From NCBI RefSeq assembly GCF_009914755.1, contig NC_060930.1: DNA of 64,000 bases; one strand, given 5' to 3'. The notes under the pieces were generated by a model. It saw only the letters and a program-made list of their open reading frames with translations, ran no database searches and was not told where the DNA came from. The DNA comes from the human T2T-CHM13v2.0 reference genome, Homo sapiens. A program made the translations under genes and the position numbers. Shown here piece after piece: positions 32,035-44,655 of the stretch (the first letter of the stretch is position 1; every line of letters starts with the position of its first letter).

Positions 32035-32105
32035 CATTTTCTCTATCCATTCATCCCAGTGAAATTATACTTCAAATATGAAGGAGAAATAAAGACTTTC
32101 CAAGA
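31488..32105 (-). mobile_element. L1MA 3' end with an inverted ORF1 fragment at its 5' side
   Basis: catatttatggggtacatgtgatatttt...gctcccacaaatgagtgagaatatg L1MA 3'UTR; see finding on 32053-32105. Confidence 0.88.
31979..32032. repeat. (AC)n/(GC)n alternating purine-pyrimidine repeat
   Basis: acacacacacgcgtgcgcgcgcacac..., 54 nt uninterrupted alternation. Confidence 0.95.
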
Positions 32106-33554
32106 AATATTTTTTAAATGCGACATTCTCTTGTTTGTCCAAGATGTCATAGGAGGCAAAGTAGTTGGTTGACAGGGAGTGATCTGTGACCCAAGGGACC
32201 AGACCAGGAATGGATTCATCATCACAGGAGAATGAGAGAGACTACATGAAATAACCCAGGAATTAAGAGTGTCTAGAGTATAAGATAGCAGATTCTCCAA
32301 AGGAAAACCATTTATTTTTTAGTGAAAGTGTACAAACAAATATCTACATATTTTCTCTATATGAATGTTTCCCCTGATTTACTGATGTGTAAATATGCAG
32401 GAATGAGCAATGTTGAATACAGTTGTTTGACCAAGAAAGTGTTTGAAGATGCACTGACAGGATTTGAACTAAGTGCTACATGATGGCTGAAATGTTACTT
32501 GAGCCACCAAATGGAGCTCAGATGGTTTTAAATATATCCTCAATATTTTAGGAGTGGAAAAAAAATCAATTTAAAGCCTAGTTTTCAGTGCCTACTTTTT
32601 TGCCATGATGGCAGTTCGTACAGGTGATTATGAAATGCAACACAATCTGTTTCATGGGTCAATGAAACTTAGCCACTAAGTCACTATAAATCAATTTTTC
32701 TGAATACATTTCCATTTTTCCAGTTGGATAATTATGTCTGACTTTTCAAAATCATACCGAGTTTAGAGAACTCAGAGTTGCAGCCATTATTTTCTCTCCT
32801 GAGATCCCATTTTACCCCCATTTTCAGTGCCTATCTTAACTTTACTCTGGTATAAACAATCATGTCCACTTCTATTATTTTAAAGTACTTTTATGATTAT
32901 TCAAATAATAGGATTTCTTTGTAAGCTCCATGTGTTCTCCTTCATAAATATCCCATCAGTTCTGTCTAGAAGTTAGTTTTAGAGCATATCTTGATGTAAC
33001 CTACCCTCTGTAAATATTGTCACATAACTAAGATAAAAATTAAGATTTTTCAACATATTAAATTGTGTATGTTATGGACTTTGTCAGACGCTGCTCTTCC
33101 CTTTCTCTTGTACTCTCTAGGTTTTAGGCAGGATCTTAACAGTGATAAAGTCTGTTATAAAATCTTCTACAATGCAGCAACATATAGCACATTACCACGT
33201 TGCAATCTTGTAGGGGTATGCCAGAGGCCTCACTAAAGATCTTGAAACAGAGTGTCATTCTGTAAATCATGAACCTTCTGCTCCAGTGGTTCTTCTCTAC
33301 TTACTGCCTCTAAAAATACCTCTTATGGATTCACATTCACTCCCATTCACCCTGAATGCCAATGCCTTGCTTGGCATCAGGCCCACTTTCCTTCTTACTT
33401 TTCTGAAGAGGTGTTCTCTGATTATCTCTGCTCTCCCATCCTTAAATCTAGGATGACGGTAGTTTTTATTTTTCATGTAGCATATATGGCTCAGTACTGC
33501 TGCTGTATTTTGTGTGCTTGTGTCATGCCTTCACACCTATACTGTAAGTCCATG

Positions 33555-33770
33555 GAGGAAGCAGTACAAAATGGTGGTTATGAGCAAGAACTTCCAATTA
33601 AGATCCTAGATCCACCACTGTGTCCCTTTGGGTGAGTTACTTAACTTCTTTGAGCTTCCACATCCTCACTTGTAAAAGAGGGGTTATAACTTCTATATGG
33701 AGTTATTATGATGAATAAATGAAATGCTTAGGTGTTTATCCCAGTGCCAGACACATAGTAAATTTTCATC
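33555..33770 (+). mobile_element. MIR
   Basis: gggtgagttacttaacttctttgagcttccacatcctcacttgtaaaa...cagtgccagacacatagtaa. Confidence 0.8.
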
Positions 33771-34647
33771 AAATTGAAGGGAGAGTCAATGTCTAACATT
33801 TCTTGGCAACTCTTAAAGGGCAGAGCACAGGGAATTTTTCAGGTTAAGAGTTCAATAAAATATTTGCTAATCCAAAGAAAATATGCAGCTCTCTACCAGC
33901 CCTGAGTGTTTACAATTACATAGCCTTTTTATTTCTTAAGTGTTTTATTATAGGTCACTTTTTTATATATTCACAACTTTCTTTCAGAGCTACAGATACT
34001 AGACACAGAGAATTATCTAGATAAATTCTTCAAGCCAGCAAAAGCAGGAAGAAGCCTAAGTGGCAGAATGGGATTGGGGAAAGGCAGAGGGTGGGCTCGT
34101 GGCTGGGTGTACTATCTTCAGCCTGACATTGCTTGCTCATGACCTGGTAGATAGCCAAAGAGCACATGTCCCCTAGTTTCTTTCTCTTTATGGAGAATCT
34201 GCTTATATTTTAAGACTCAGAACAAGCGACACTTTCTTTAGACAGTTTTCCTGATTCTTAACCCATAGCACCTCTATTAGATACTTGCAGTTGTCCTTGT
34301 CATGTCATTAGTTCTGTTTTTAGTAAATGAAAGTAATAGAATGTTAAGCTCAATGGGAGGTGGTTTCCTTTTCAGTTTGTATGCTCTTTGCATCTAACAC
34401 TGTTGTCAATACCATGAGTATAACAGGGTTGTTTTGAGAATCAACTAAGATAATGTGTACAAATACAATTTTTAAAGTAAAGATTGATAAAAGGACAAGT
34501 TCTTTCTACATTAGTGCTGCACTCATGGGAATTTATATGTAAGTTTGGAGCCTTTTAGGTATCATGAGAGAAATGGGGAGTTTAAACATAGTCAAATACG
34601 TAATACTCAGCTGTCTATCAATATGTGTAGTTAAGAATTGCTGTTCA

Positions 34648-34874
34648 GATGAGAACACGTGGACATATGCTGGGGAACAGCACACACTAGGGCCTGTCAT
34701 GGGAAGCGGTGCAGGGAGGGAGAGCATCTGGAAGAATAGATAATGGATGCTGGGCTTACAAGGTGATGGGTTGATCTGTGCAGCAAACCACCAAGGAAGG
34801 TGTTTACCTATGTAACAAACCTGCATATCCTGCACATGCACCCCTGAACTTAAAAGTTGAACAGCAACAACAAA
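34648..34874 (+). mobile_element. Short 3' end of an old L1PA (about L1PA13-16)
   Basis: gatgagaacacgtggaca...tgatctgtgcagcaaaccacc...cctgaacttaaaagttg; imperfect TSD aagaattg(ctg)ttca. Confidence 0.88.
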
Positions 34875-36244
34875 AAGAATTGTTCAAACAAGAGCATATA
34901 AATAAAGAAATTGGGACAAACATTTCATGAAACCAGTTAACTCATCCAGACATTTTAGATTATGAAACATACATGTTTAATTGCTTTTTGCTACTAACAG
35001 AAATAAGAAGTAACCTAAGAATCAGGACAGAGCTGTTCCAGTTCTCACATCAATAAGCTTCGTGCCCATTGGTGAGATATTTCACCTCTCTGTGCCTCAG
35101 TTTCCTTGTCTATAAGCTGATCTGTTTTTCTGAGTATGCCTAAGGGTCTTTATTAGGTTTAAAACACAAGGATTTTCTTATTCTAATGCAAAGAGCATTC
35201 TTGTTCGTTTAACCTGCATGTGTTTTCAAAAAGGAGCAAAATCTTTTCTTTATTGAAGTCCAAGGGTGGGCACCCTGCAATTTAAAATCATTCTCCTTGT
35301 AACACAATCTTCTGACAGGCCGACAGTGACTTCTGCTGAGAGGGTCTGCTAGTGATGTCTATTTACCTTGCAGATTCCTGAACCTGCATGTATTGTGAGA
35401 AAGTGGCATCTGACTTCCTTCCTCGCGCCCTCTTCTGCAGATGAATAAGCCATTCGCTGGCCAGCTGTGTGTGGTTTTCTCCCTTGTAATCAGTCAATGC
35501 CTGTCTTTTGAGTCGTGACATGTTTCCACAGTCTTTGGAGCTGAGGATTTTGTGATGTGTTAATGCTTCGTTTGGGCTTCACTGGACTGAATTAGGTTAC
35601 TGAAGGTGTTTGAATTAAGAGAAAAATGCATTAATTTGATCATTTAATGTTATGAAAAAGGAAATAAGAAAGCTTCTTTTAAAAAATACAGGAATGTCTT
35701 ATTAGATTTAATTACAATGCTCATGAAACTTTTACAGATGTTGACATTGAAGTCCCAAGTCCTTTCTGAATACTGTCATATTTTTACAATTATTTGCTTA
35801 AATAATTGCTGCATTTACCTGATATTTATCTTAAAAAATTTTGAAAACTACTGCCAAATTGTGCACCAAAAGTTAGAACTGCTTTCACAAACAGTGTATG
35901 TACTTATACCTTGCCAACACTGAATATTATTAATCTTTGAACTTCTAGCATTCTATTAGGTAAAAAAATAATGTTTCATTTTAAAGGTACTCTATTGATA
36001 GCAAATACTGTTCAGTGATTTGTTTCATATACCTGTTACCCACTTTTACTTATTTTGTTTAAATTGCTTTTGCTTATAACTTTTGCCCATTTTTCCATTG
36101 GGCTGATACAACAAATGCACCTTTGCTGTGCATTTAAGTATCTGGAACTATCATGAGTACATCATTGAAAAAGCCATAAGAATATTTTCTCGTGGAGATT
36201 ACATTCTAGGGGAAAAAGAAAAATAAAGCAATCAGTAATATGTA

Positions 36245-36590
36245 CAGCAATGCACCAGTAATGACATTTTGGGAAACAGTGGGCCACCCATATATGATTG
36301 TGGTCCCACAATCATAATAAGATTATAATATGGTACTTTTACTGTACTTTCTCTATGTTTAGATACACAAATACTTACCACTGTCTTACAGTTGCCTACA
36401 GTATTCAGTACAGTATCATGCTGTTCAGGTTTGTAGCCTAGAAGCAATAGGCTATTCGATATACCATAGGTGTATAGTAGGTTATGCCATCTATGTTTGT
36501 GGAAACACACTATAATGTTTGTACAATGACAAAATCGCCTAACAACACATTTCTCGGAACATATCCCTGTGGTAAAGTGTCACATGACTA
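36245..36590. mobile_element. Tigger3a/MER7-like TcMar MITE
   Basis: TA-flanked degenerate termini cagcaatgc...cacatgacta; core cagttgcctacagtattcagtacagta...caggtttgtagcctagaagcaataggct. Confidence 0.85.
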
Positions 36591-37099
36591 TATTGAGATA
36601 AAAGCATGGGGAATGACCAGGATTTACTTAGAGGTTGCTTTAAGCTAACTGATCAGGAAAGGCTTTTCAAAGGAGGTGATATTTCTTTCATGATATGACT
36701 GATAAGATCACCCAGTAGCAGAGCATCTTTTCAGGTGATGGAAATAGCATGCATGAGTTTGGGGTATTCCCCCAACAGAAAAAGATAAAAGCCTCCTGGG
36801 ATGAACCTTCCAATTTCTCCAACTTCATCTCTTCTCACTTTCCCTCCCTCACCTTCTCCAGTCTTATGGAGAAGCCCATGCACAGCCTGGTAGTCCAGGG
36901 AAAGGAGTTTCCATTTTATTCCAAACATGTTGGAATGCAAGTGTAGCTTTCTGTAAAGGAGTGACAAAATCAGATTTACACTTTAACAGATTACTCTGGT
37001 TGCTAGGTGTGAAATCAATCACTGAGAACAAGAATGGATGCCGGGAGGCCAATCAGGAGCCTACGGCACTTGTCTAGGGAAGAGCTGATATTTACTTGG

Positions 37100-37799
<700 letters not shown>

Positions 37800-40387
37800 C
37801 AGTTTAGAGTGGCAGAGGCTGAAACAGAGGAGAGAGAAAGGATTAAGAATGTTCTAGAGATAAGGGCTACAGGAATGGTCCTGGAATGTGAGAAAAAGAC
37901 AGAAATAAAAGTAGTTCTCAAATTTTGTTATTGCACAACTTGGTGGGTAATGGCATCATGTACTAATAGATGTCTGGAAGAAGTAGATTTGCAAGGTAGA
38001 GAAGGAAATAATTTTATTTCAAATATGTTAAAGTGTCTATAAATGGATACCATCAGGTAGGTAAATAAACCAATCTTTTGATCCCAAGGGCAGTTCAGTC
38101 TGAAGATCTATATTTGGGATTCAACAGGGATTCAAATATCATTTGAATGCATGTGACAGAGTGGGAGTACCTATGGTGAGAGTATAGATGAAAAAGACAA
38201 AATTTCTCAGGATTGAGTCCTGGTATGACAATTGGAGCAGAGAAAGAAAATCCAACAAACATACTGAGGAGTGACCAGTGAAGTGAGGAAAACAGGAGAA
38301 GGTTGTATCACAGAAATAAAGAGAATAAAATGTTTCCAGGAGGGTATGGCCAACTGTTGAATGCAACTGGGTGGTTGATGAAGACAACAGATCACAAGAT
38401 ATGGAAACAGGGAGATTATTGCTGATCTTGACAAAAGAAGATTTTGATAAGAGAAGATTATGAGGTAATGGGTATGCCTATGTCCAAACTCATCAAGACG
38501 TATACATTAAATGTGTACAGTTTTTGTATATCAATTAGAAGTCAACTAAGACAAAGAGAAAAAAATGCTAAAAAGGAAAGAATAGAAGAAGCAAATACAT
38601 TGACCTAGGCAACTATTGTTGCTATAAACAGGAGCAATGAATGAGTAACTCAAGAGGGACAATGAGGTCAGGGGTATTTTTCTTTTTGATTGACACTGAT
38701 AGGAAGGAGAAATTGATTATCCAAGAGAGGGAACAACTGTAGGAGAAACTCCTTGAATAGACAAAAAGTGATGGGATCTAGTGTCCGTGAGCAGGAGTTG
38801 GCTCTAACCTAAAGTAGACACACTTCAAATTTACAACAGAAAGATTGATAGATAATATAAATGCCAGTGAAGAAATGTTTATAGATGTTGTAGTGGGAGG
38901 CAAAGCTAGTTTTTGGTAGACTGTTTCTATGTTCTTATTGAAATATGAAATGACAACCAAGCCAAAATGGGGAGTGGGAATGGTTTTGGTAGTTTGGAAA
39001 TTTGAAGAGAGAAGAGTAAGGATGAAATGATTAATGAAATATTTAATATTTAATCATTAATGAAATAATTTATTCCTTCTGTAAGAAAATTTACTTACAG
39101 GGGTGATGTAGTATAATTTCCTTGTGCTATTGAATATCATTTTTGGTACATGTGCTGATGAATTTTAAATAAAACCATTCAGCAAGGTTGTGTCTTTTTT
39201 AGCCATATTTAGGTGCTCAGGTGTAGACATGGAATAGGTAGATGGTTGGGTTTAACTAGCATTAATGTCAGGAAAACATAAGAGAGTTAAGGAATTTGCA
39301 AGAAGCAATTAAGAGGTAGACTATGAAATCTAAGCTGGGCTAAGAAGGAAACAAGAGGGAGGATGGAAGGAAAAAATAGGAAGGTTAATGGATTTGAAAT
39401 TTTGATGAGGTTGAAAAAGTGCTGCAGTAGAGGTAGTAGAATATATGAGTTTGTATGATAAGATGAGGTAGCAGAGATGGATGTTTGACATCCACATTCA
39501 GAGGTATTAGAAACATCTGTGATAACATGGTCAAAAGTGTGACCCTGGACATGTGTGGGTTACAGGAAACATCAGTGGAAGGGGAGAGTTTGAGAAATCG
39601 TGAGGGCATGGTATCAGATGTATCATCCACATACAAGTGAAAATCCTCAAACTTCGGGAGAGGAATAGAGACACAGAGGCTCATAAAATGGGGGCTAAAA
39701 TCATCAGTGGAATAGAGAGACAGGGAACTTGTAAAGTGTAATATTTATCTCATTGATTTCTATGAGTTTTCAGTTTTTTGAAGTGTATTTTATTACAAGA
39801 ATGCTATAAAACAAAAATCAAAATATAAGACACAAACCTCTCATAATCCCATCACTTTGTCAGAGGATGGTGGATTTTGACAAAGCCCTATAGCTGTTTC
39901 TGGTCTGCTGATCTCTGGCCTGGCCAGGTGTTCCATTTATTTTGCTTGCTCATTCTTCGTGGAAACGTTGCAGGACTTTATGTTACCAAGAGTGTCTGTC
40001 TCTTAACCTGGCAGCCAGCTGATGCAAGTCCTCAAATAAACAGAGCTTCTCTTCATGCTCCTTTGACCTCCCTAGTCCAATGCACTGATCTCTCCTACGT
40101 GGTTAAAATCTGGGACAAGAACTATTAATAATGGTTGTAAAATAGGGCAGCAATCCTTCATTTTATAAAACATGTCTCATTATAGGTTCCCTAGCTCAGA
40201 TCGTCTCTCGTTATTTCCACAGAGTTGATTGTCTGGTTACATTTGATTACTCTCTTTAATCCATCCAGATCTTCCGTCAGTCTCAGCCATATTTACAAAT
40301 TATTTGGCAAGTCCGTTCTCTCCATTCCTGTGACTAACAAGTTGTTATTCCATTGTGTAAGTAGTGTTATTGCCACAGTTGTCTTGA

Positions 40388-40663
<276 letters not shown>

Positions 40664-40666
40664 TAA

Positions 40667-40670
<4 letters not shown>

Positions 40671-40716
<46 letters not shown>

Positions 40717-40729
40717 TGCACACACACAC
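40671..40729 (+). repeat. (CT)17(CA)6TG(CA)5 compound microsatellite
   Basis: Direct reading; starts at intron position +9. Confidence 0.95.
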
Positions 40730-40873
40730 TTTGAAACACATATGCTTGCTTTCACAAAACTAGACTTGCTAACTCCAAAGTGGGAGAGATGTGCAGTGCT
40801 GAGCTGAACATTAGTTCTGGATCTCACTGTTAATGTGAATATTGGCATCTTCCTGCTAAACAACAGCAGAACA

Positions 40874-41012
40874 AGGCTCAGGAGGGAGGATTGGTTAAGC
40901 CCAGGAGTTTGAGGTTACAGTGAGCTATGATTGGTGCCACTGCATTCTAGTCTTGGTGACAGAGTGAGACCTTAACTATAAAAAAAAAAAAAAAAAAAGG
41001 AAAGAAAGAAAA
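40874..41012 (+). mobile_element. FRAM/FAM or AluJ right monomer with poly(A)
   Basis: ggaggattggttaagcccaggagtttgaggttacagtgagctatgat...gacagagtgagacc followed by an A tail. Confidence 0.88.
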
Positions 41013-43424
41013 ACAAGAGCAGAGCAGCATATAACAAGATACTGATACTTTTTCAGAAAAAAAAAAAAGATGGAAAGCTGTTTGGCAGAATATGTCTTGA
41101 TCTGGAGAATTATTCGTTTCACTTGCTTTCTCCACACCCAAGCCGATGCTTATGTCTTCCTACCTCCTAAACATGAACATCTTATTGAGATATCAGTGGA
41201 TAAAGGACAGCAGTGAAAATGGAAAATATGTATTAAGATTTGAAATTTACAGAGTTGGCTAAAGACAAGTGAAGATATGCAACGGAACTGTGGAATTTTA
41301 TAATATATCATCTTGTCACATTTATGAGATAGCTAATTTTGATGCTTTCTGCATGTGATTTCTGGAATTGCTGGTGGTGGCTCCCAAAATTTCTGTTCTC
41401 TTTCTAAATCACGTGTACTTGTTTGGCAATAGATGGTCATCATCACTGGATTTTTCATAGGGCTTTTGACCTAACAGATATCTTGTTTAATTTGCCAGCT
41501 TCTAATATTGCATAAATAACCTGCTCAGTTTTCCCCAGGAACCTACTGAGTTTACCTGATCTTTACTGATCTTCAACCCTATCACACTCATCTTCCGAAG
41601 CTCTTTGTCTCTTCCCATCTCTTCTTCTGGGTACACTACAATCATATCACACCCATTAAAGAGCCTCAACCACTGATCTTCTGCTCTGGAAGCTAGGTAG
41701 TACTGGTGTGGACATGCTCACTGGACCTTTCCCTTCTGTCCTTGTGTTTATAATAATGACTGCAATTCTAGGAACACTAACTTTGCCATCACCTGAAATT
41801 AGAGGTATAAGACACTTGAGGGACTTTTTAAAAGAAAATAGGATAGAAATACAAATAAATGAATAAAGAAACAGAGATACTCTCCAAGCATGAGGAGGTG
41901 TGGAGCCAAGGTCAAATTGTAATTCATGATTAAGATAATTATTAAATGTGGGCAAAATTGGCACACTGGCACACAGAGTCAACTTGGCGTCTTCAACATG
42001 GTGCAGTTTTTGGAAGCCAATAAAATGTTCATAAGAAAGCAGGTCTTCTAAGGAGTATTTAAATAAGAAATGTTATTTCTTTTAGGAGTGAAAAGAAGGT
42101 AAGCAGTATTGTTGAAGTGTTACACAGAGTAATATATGCACCAGGACAGAGGGTGTCCAGACATTCAGGCCTTTCCATTGCTCTGTAACATGACTGCTTT
42201 TAGGAAGGTTGCTTGTTTTTAAAAAATTCTCATATTTATAATTTACAAAACAACAGTAGTCTGTTTTGCAGAATTTATTCCTTTTATAATATCCTCAAAA
42301 AAGGGTTCTGGAGATATTGAAAAGATGTGGCAAACCTGTGAGCTTCGGGGCATATAGACTACCTAATTATGAAACATAATTACACAAAATTGTGCGGTGT
42401 GTAATTGGAGTGTGAAAAATGTATCCTGTCACCATTGTGAGCTGGACAAGAATGATAATGGCAACTTAAGTCTTTCTAGCTCTTTTATTTTACCTCCTAA
42501 TAATGCAATTGAACTCATACAAGTATTTCTGAGAGTCGCACATGTGTTTGTTTATGTGCTTGTCTATGAACAGGTCAGCTACATGTGATGTCTACCTCTT
42601 TTATTCCTCTTACCTGCCCCACCTCTACTGGATTCCACATATCCGAGGGAGCTATTGTCTCAATGAACACCTGAGCTTCTGAGGACACTGCTTTCTGTGC
42701 TAATAGTTACGGTCACTGATGCATGGAATCATTGAGATGACAAAGCTATACCATACTCTTTGCCAAGTGAAGGAAAGTGTCTCTCTGTTCTTCTGGGCTA
42801 CTTTCCACGAGTGTCTATCAAAATGGTGTTGGCGTTTAATCTCGAATCTTAGAGAATTTTAATGAAAGCAGCCTTTAAAATTTTTTGGCTCACAATTTTC
42901 TCTCCCTTCCATGACATTCAGATATGAGTTCATAAGGAGCTGAGCTGGGGACAGAGCCAAGTAGTGAGACGATGCCATCCTTAGAAGTAGCCTTCCCTTC
43001 AGGTGGCTGATTCCCTCTCTTTATCGGGGATGGATTCTATCCTAAATGCTGCTCTGTCACTCATGTCAATGGACATGTGGGCTTGGTTCCCTCATGTCAG
43101 CAGACATGTCCAGAATAGCTACAGTTTAACCTCAAGCTACAACTTCTAGCTACATTAGTAATGCTGTCAAATATATCTCCCTCCCTTTCTAAGGGATTTT
43201 ATCTACCAAATGTTGAAGTTTTTTGAGATCAGAAGCCATTGTTTGGTTTCTTTCGTAACACACGGTATGATTCTGGCTACTGCCAGAGTCACAAGAAGGG
43301 CATTGTGTAGGTGGTCATGAACTTCTTTTCATATAGTAAATCATGGTGTAGATAGCAGCAGGAGAGATTTGGTTAAAAAAAAATTAGGACTTTTTAAATG
43401 AAGACCTACATGCCCTCGTCTCCA

Positions 43425-43760
43425 TGTCTGTTACTTTCTCTCACACTTCACATGCAATGTGTCTGGAACTCGTCTTGGCACTACCATCAAAACATATTCA
43501 GATGTGGACAACTTGTCACCACTTCCTCTGCTATCATCCTGGTCCAAGCCACGATCATTTTCCCTTGGCTTATTGTGATAACCTCAGAATCGGACCTCTT
43601 GGCCATCTAGTCTTAACATAGAAGGCAAAGTGATCTTCTAAGAAATTAAGTCAAGTAGTGTCACTCATCACCTCACATGCCTAATGCCTTAAAATGACCC
43701 CCTATTTATTTCATAACAAAGTCATTACAAAGGCCTTCAAAGCTCCATATTTGACCACTT
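43425..43760 (+). mobile_element. L2 fragment
   Basis: caccacttcctctgctatcatcctggtccaagccacgatcatttcccttggcttattg. Confidence 0.75.
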
Positions 43761-44439
43761 GGAATGAGCTGCTGAGAATGGAATAATGAACTATACTGAT
43801 AGAAAAATGGACTTTTAAAAAAGGAAGTTCTCATAGAGAATAAAAATATTATATATTGAAAAAATGTGGTGGTAATGAAAAAACAAAACAAAACAAAACA
43901 AAACGTGGACTAAGAGTTCTAGCTATGCCATGAAGCAATTATATGATCTTATTTACTTAGTAGCTTTTTGTCTTGGAGCCTATTTTTTTCTATTAAAATA
44001 AAATATTTGGCTCCACATCATCTTTAAACATTTTTCCAGTCCTAGAATTTATAATATATTAAGACAATATGACTAATCTAAGATCAGTAGGGATGTATTT
44101 ATAGACTTATCTAATATTATTCATTAATTTGGGCTGATCAATTTCTTCACCAGCCACTTCGTTAAAACCAGAATTCATAGAATAAGCTGGTCAGTATTAG
44201 GATAAATCTGTTGTTATGAAATATAGCCAGCAGACCCAGGGGAGAATCAAACCTTTGACTTTGAATAAATTGGCATAGTATTCTTACCAAGCAAATTAAC
44301 TAATCACAATCAAGTTAATCATTGTGCAAAAGAATCATTTCTTCTTGTCTCTATGAAAGCTTTATTTAAGATGCTTCTCAGAATTATGCTCACTATAATA
44401 ATAATTGTAATAATGATTGTGATGCTGATGATGTACCTG

Positions 44440-44655
44440 CGTCTGATAATACCTGTTTAGGACTTACTATATATAAGCACTGTTCTAAGAACTTTGCACA
44501 TAACTCATTTAATTGTCACAACAATGTGATAAGATAGGTACTAATATTATTCCCCTTTCAATGTACGGAGTACAGTAACTTGTCAAAAAGTGCTGCAGTG
44601 CCAGTGCTGGGATTTGAAGTTAGGGACTGCAACATCAGAATCTGTGCTGTTAATT
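44440..44655 (-). mobile_element. MIR
   Basis: agcactgttctaagaactttgcacataactcatttaattgtcacaacaa...gggatttgaa. Confidence 0.75.
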
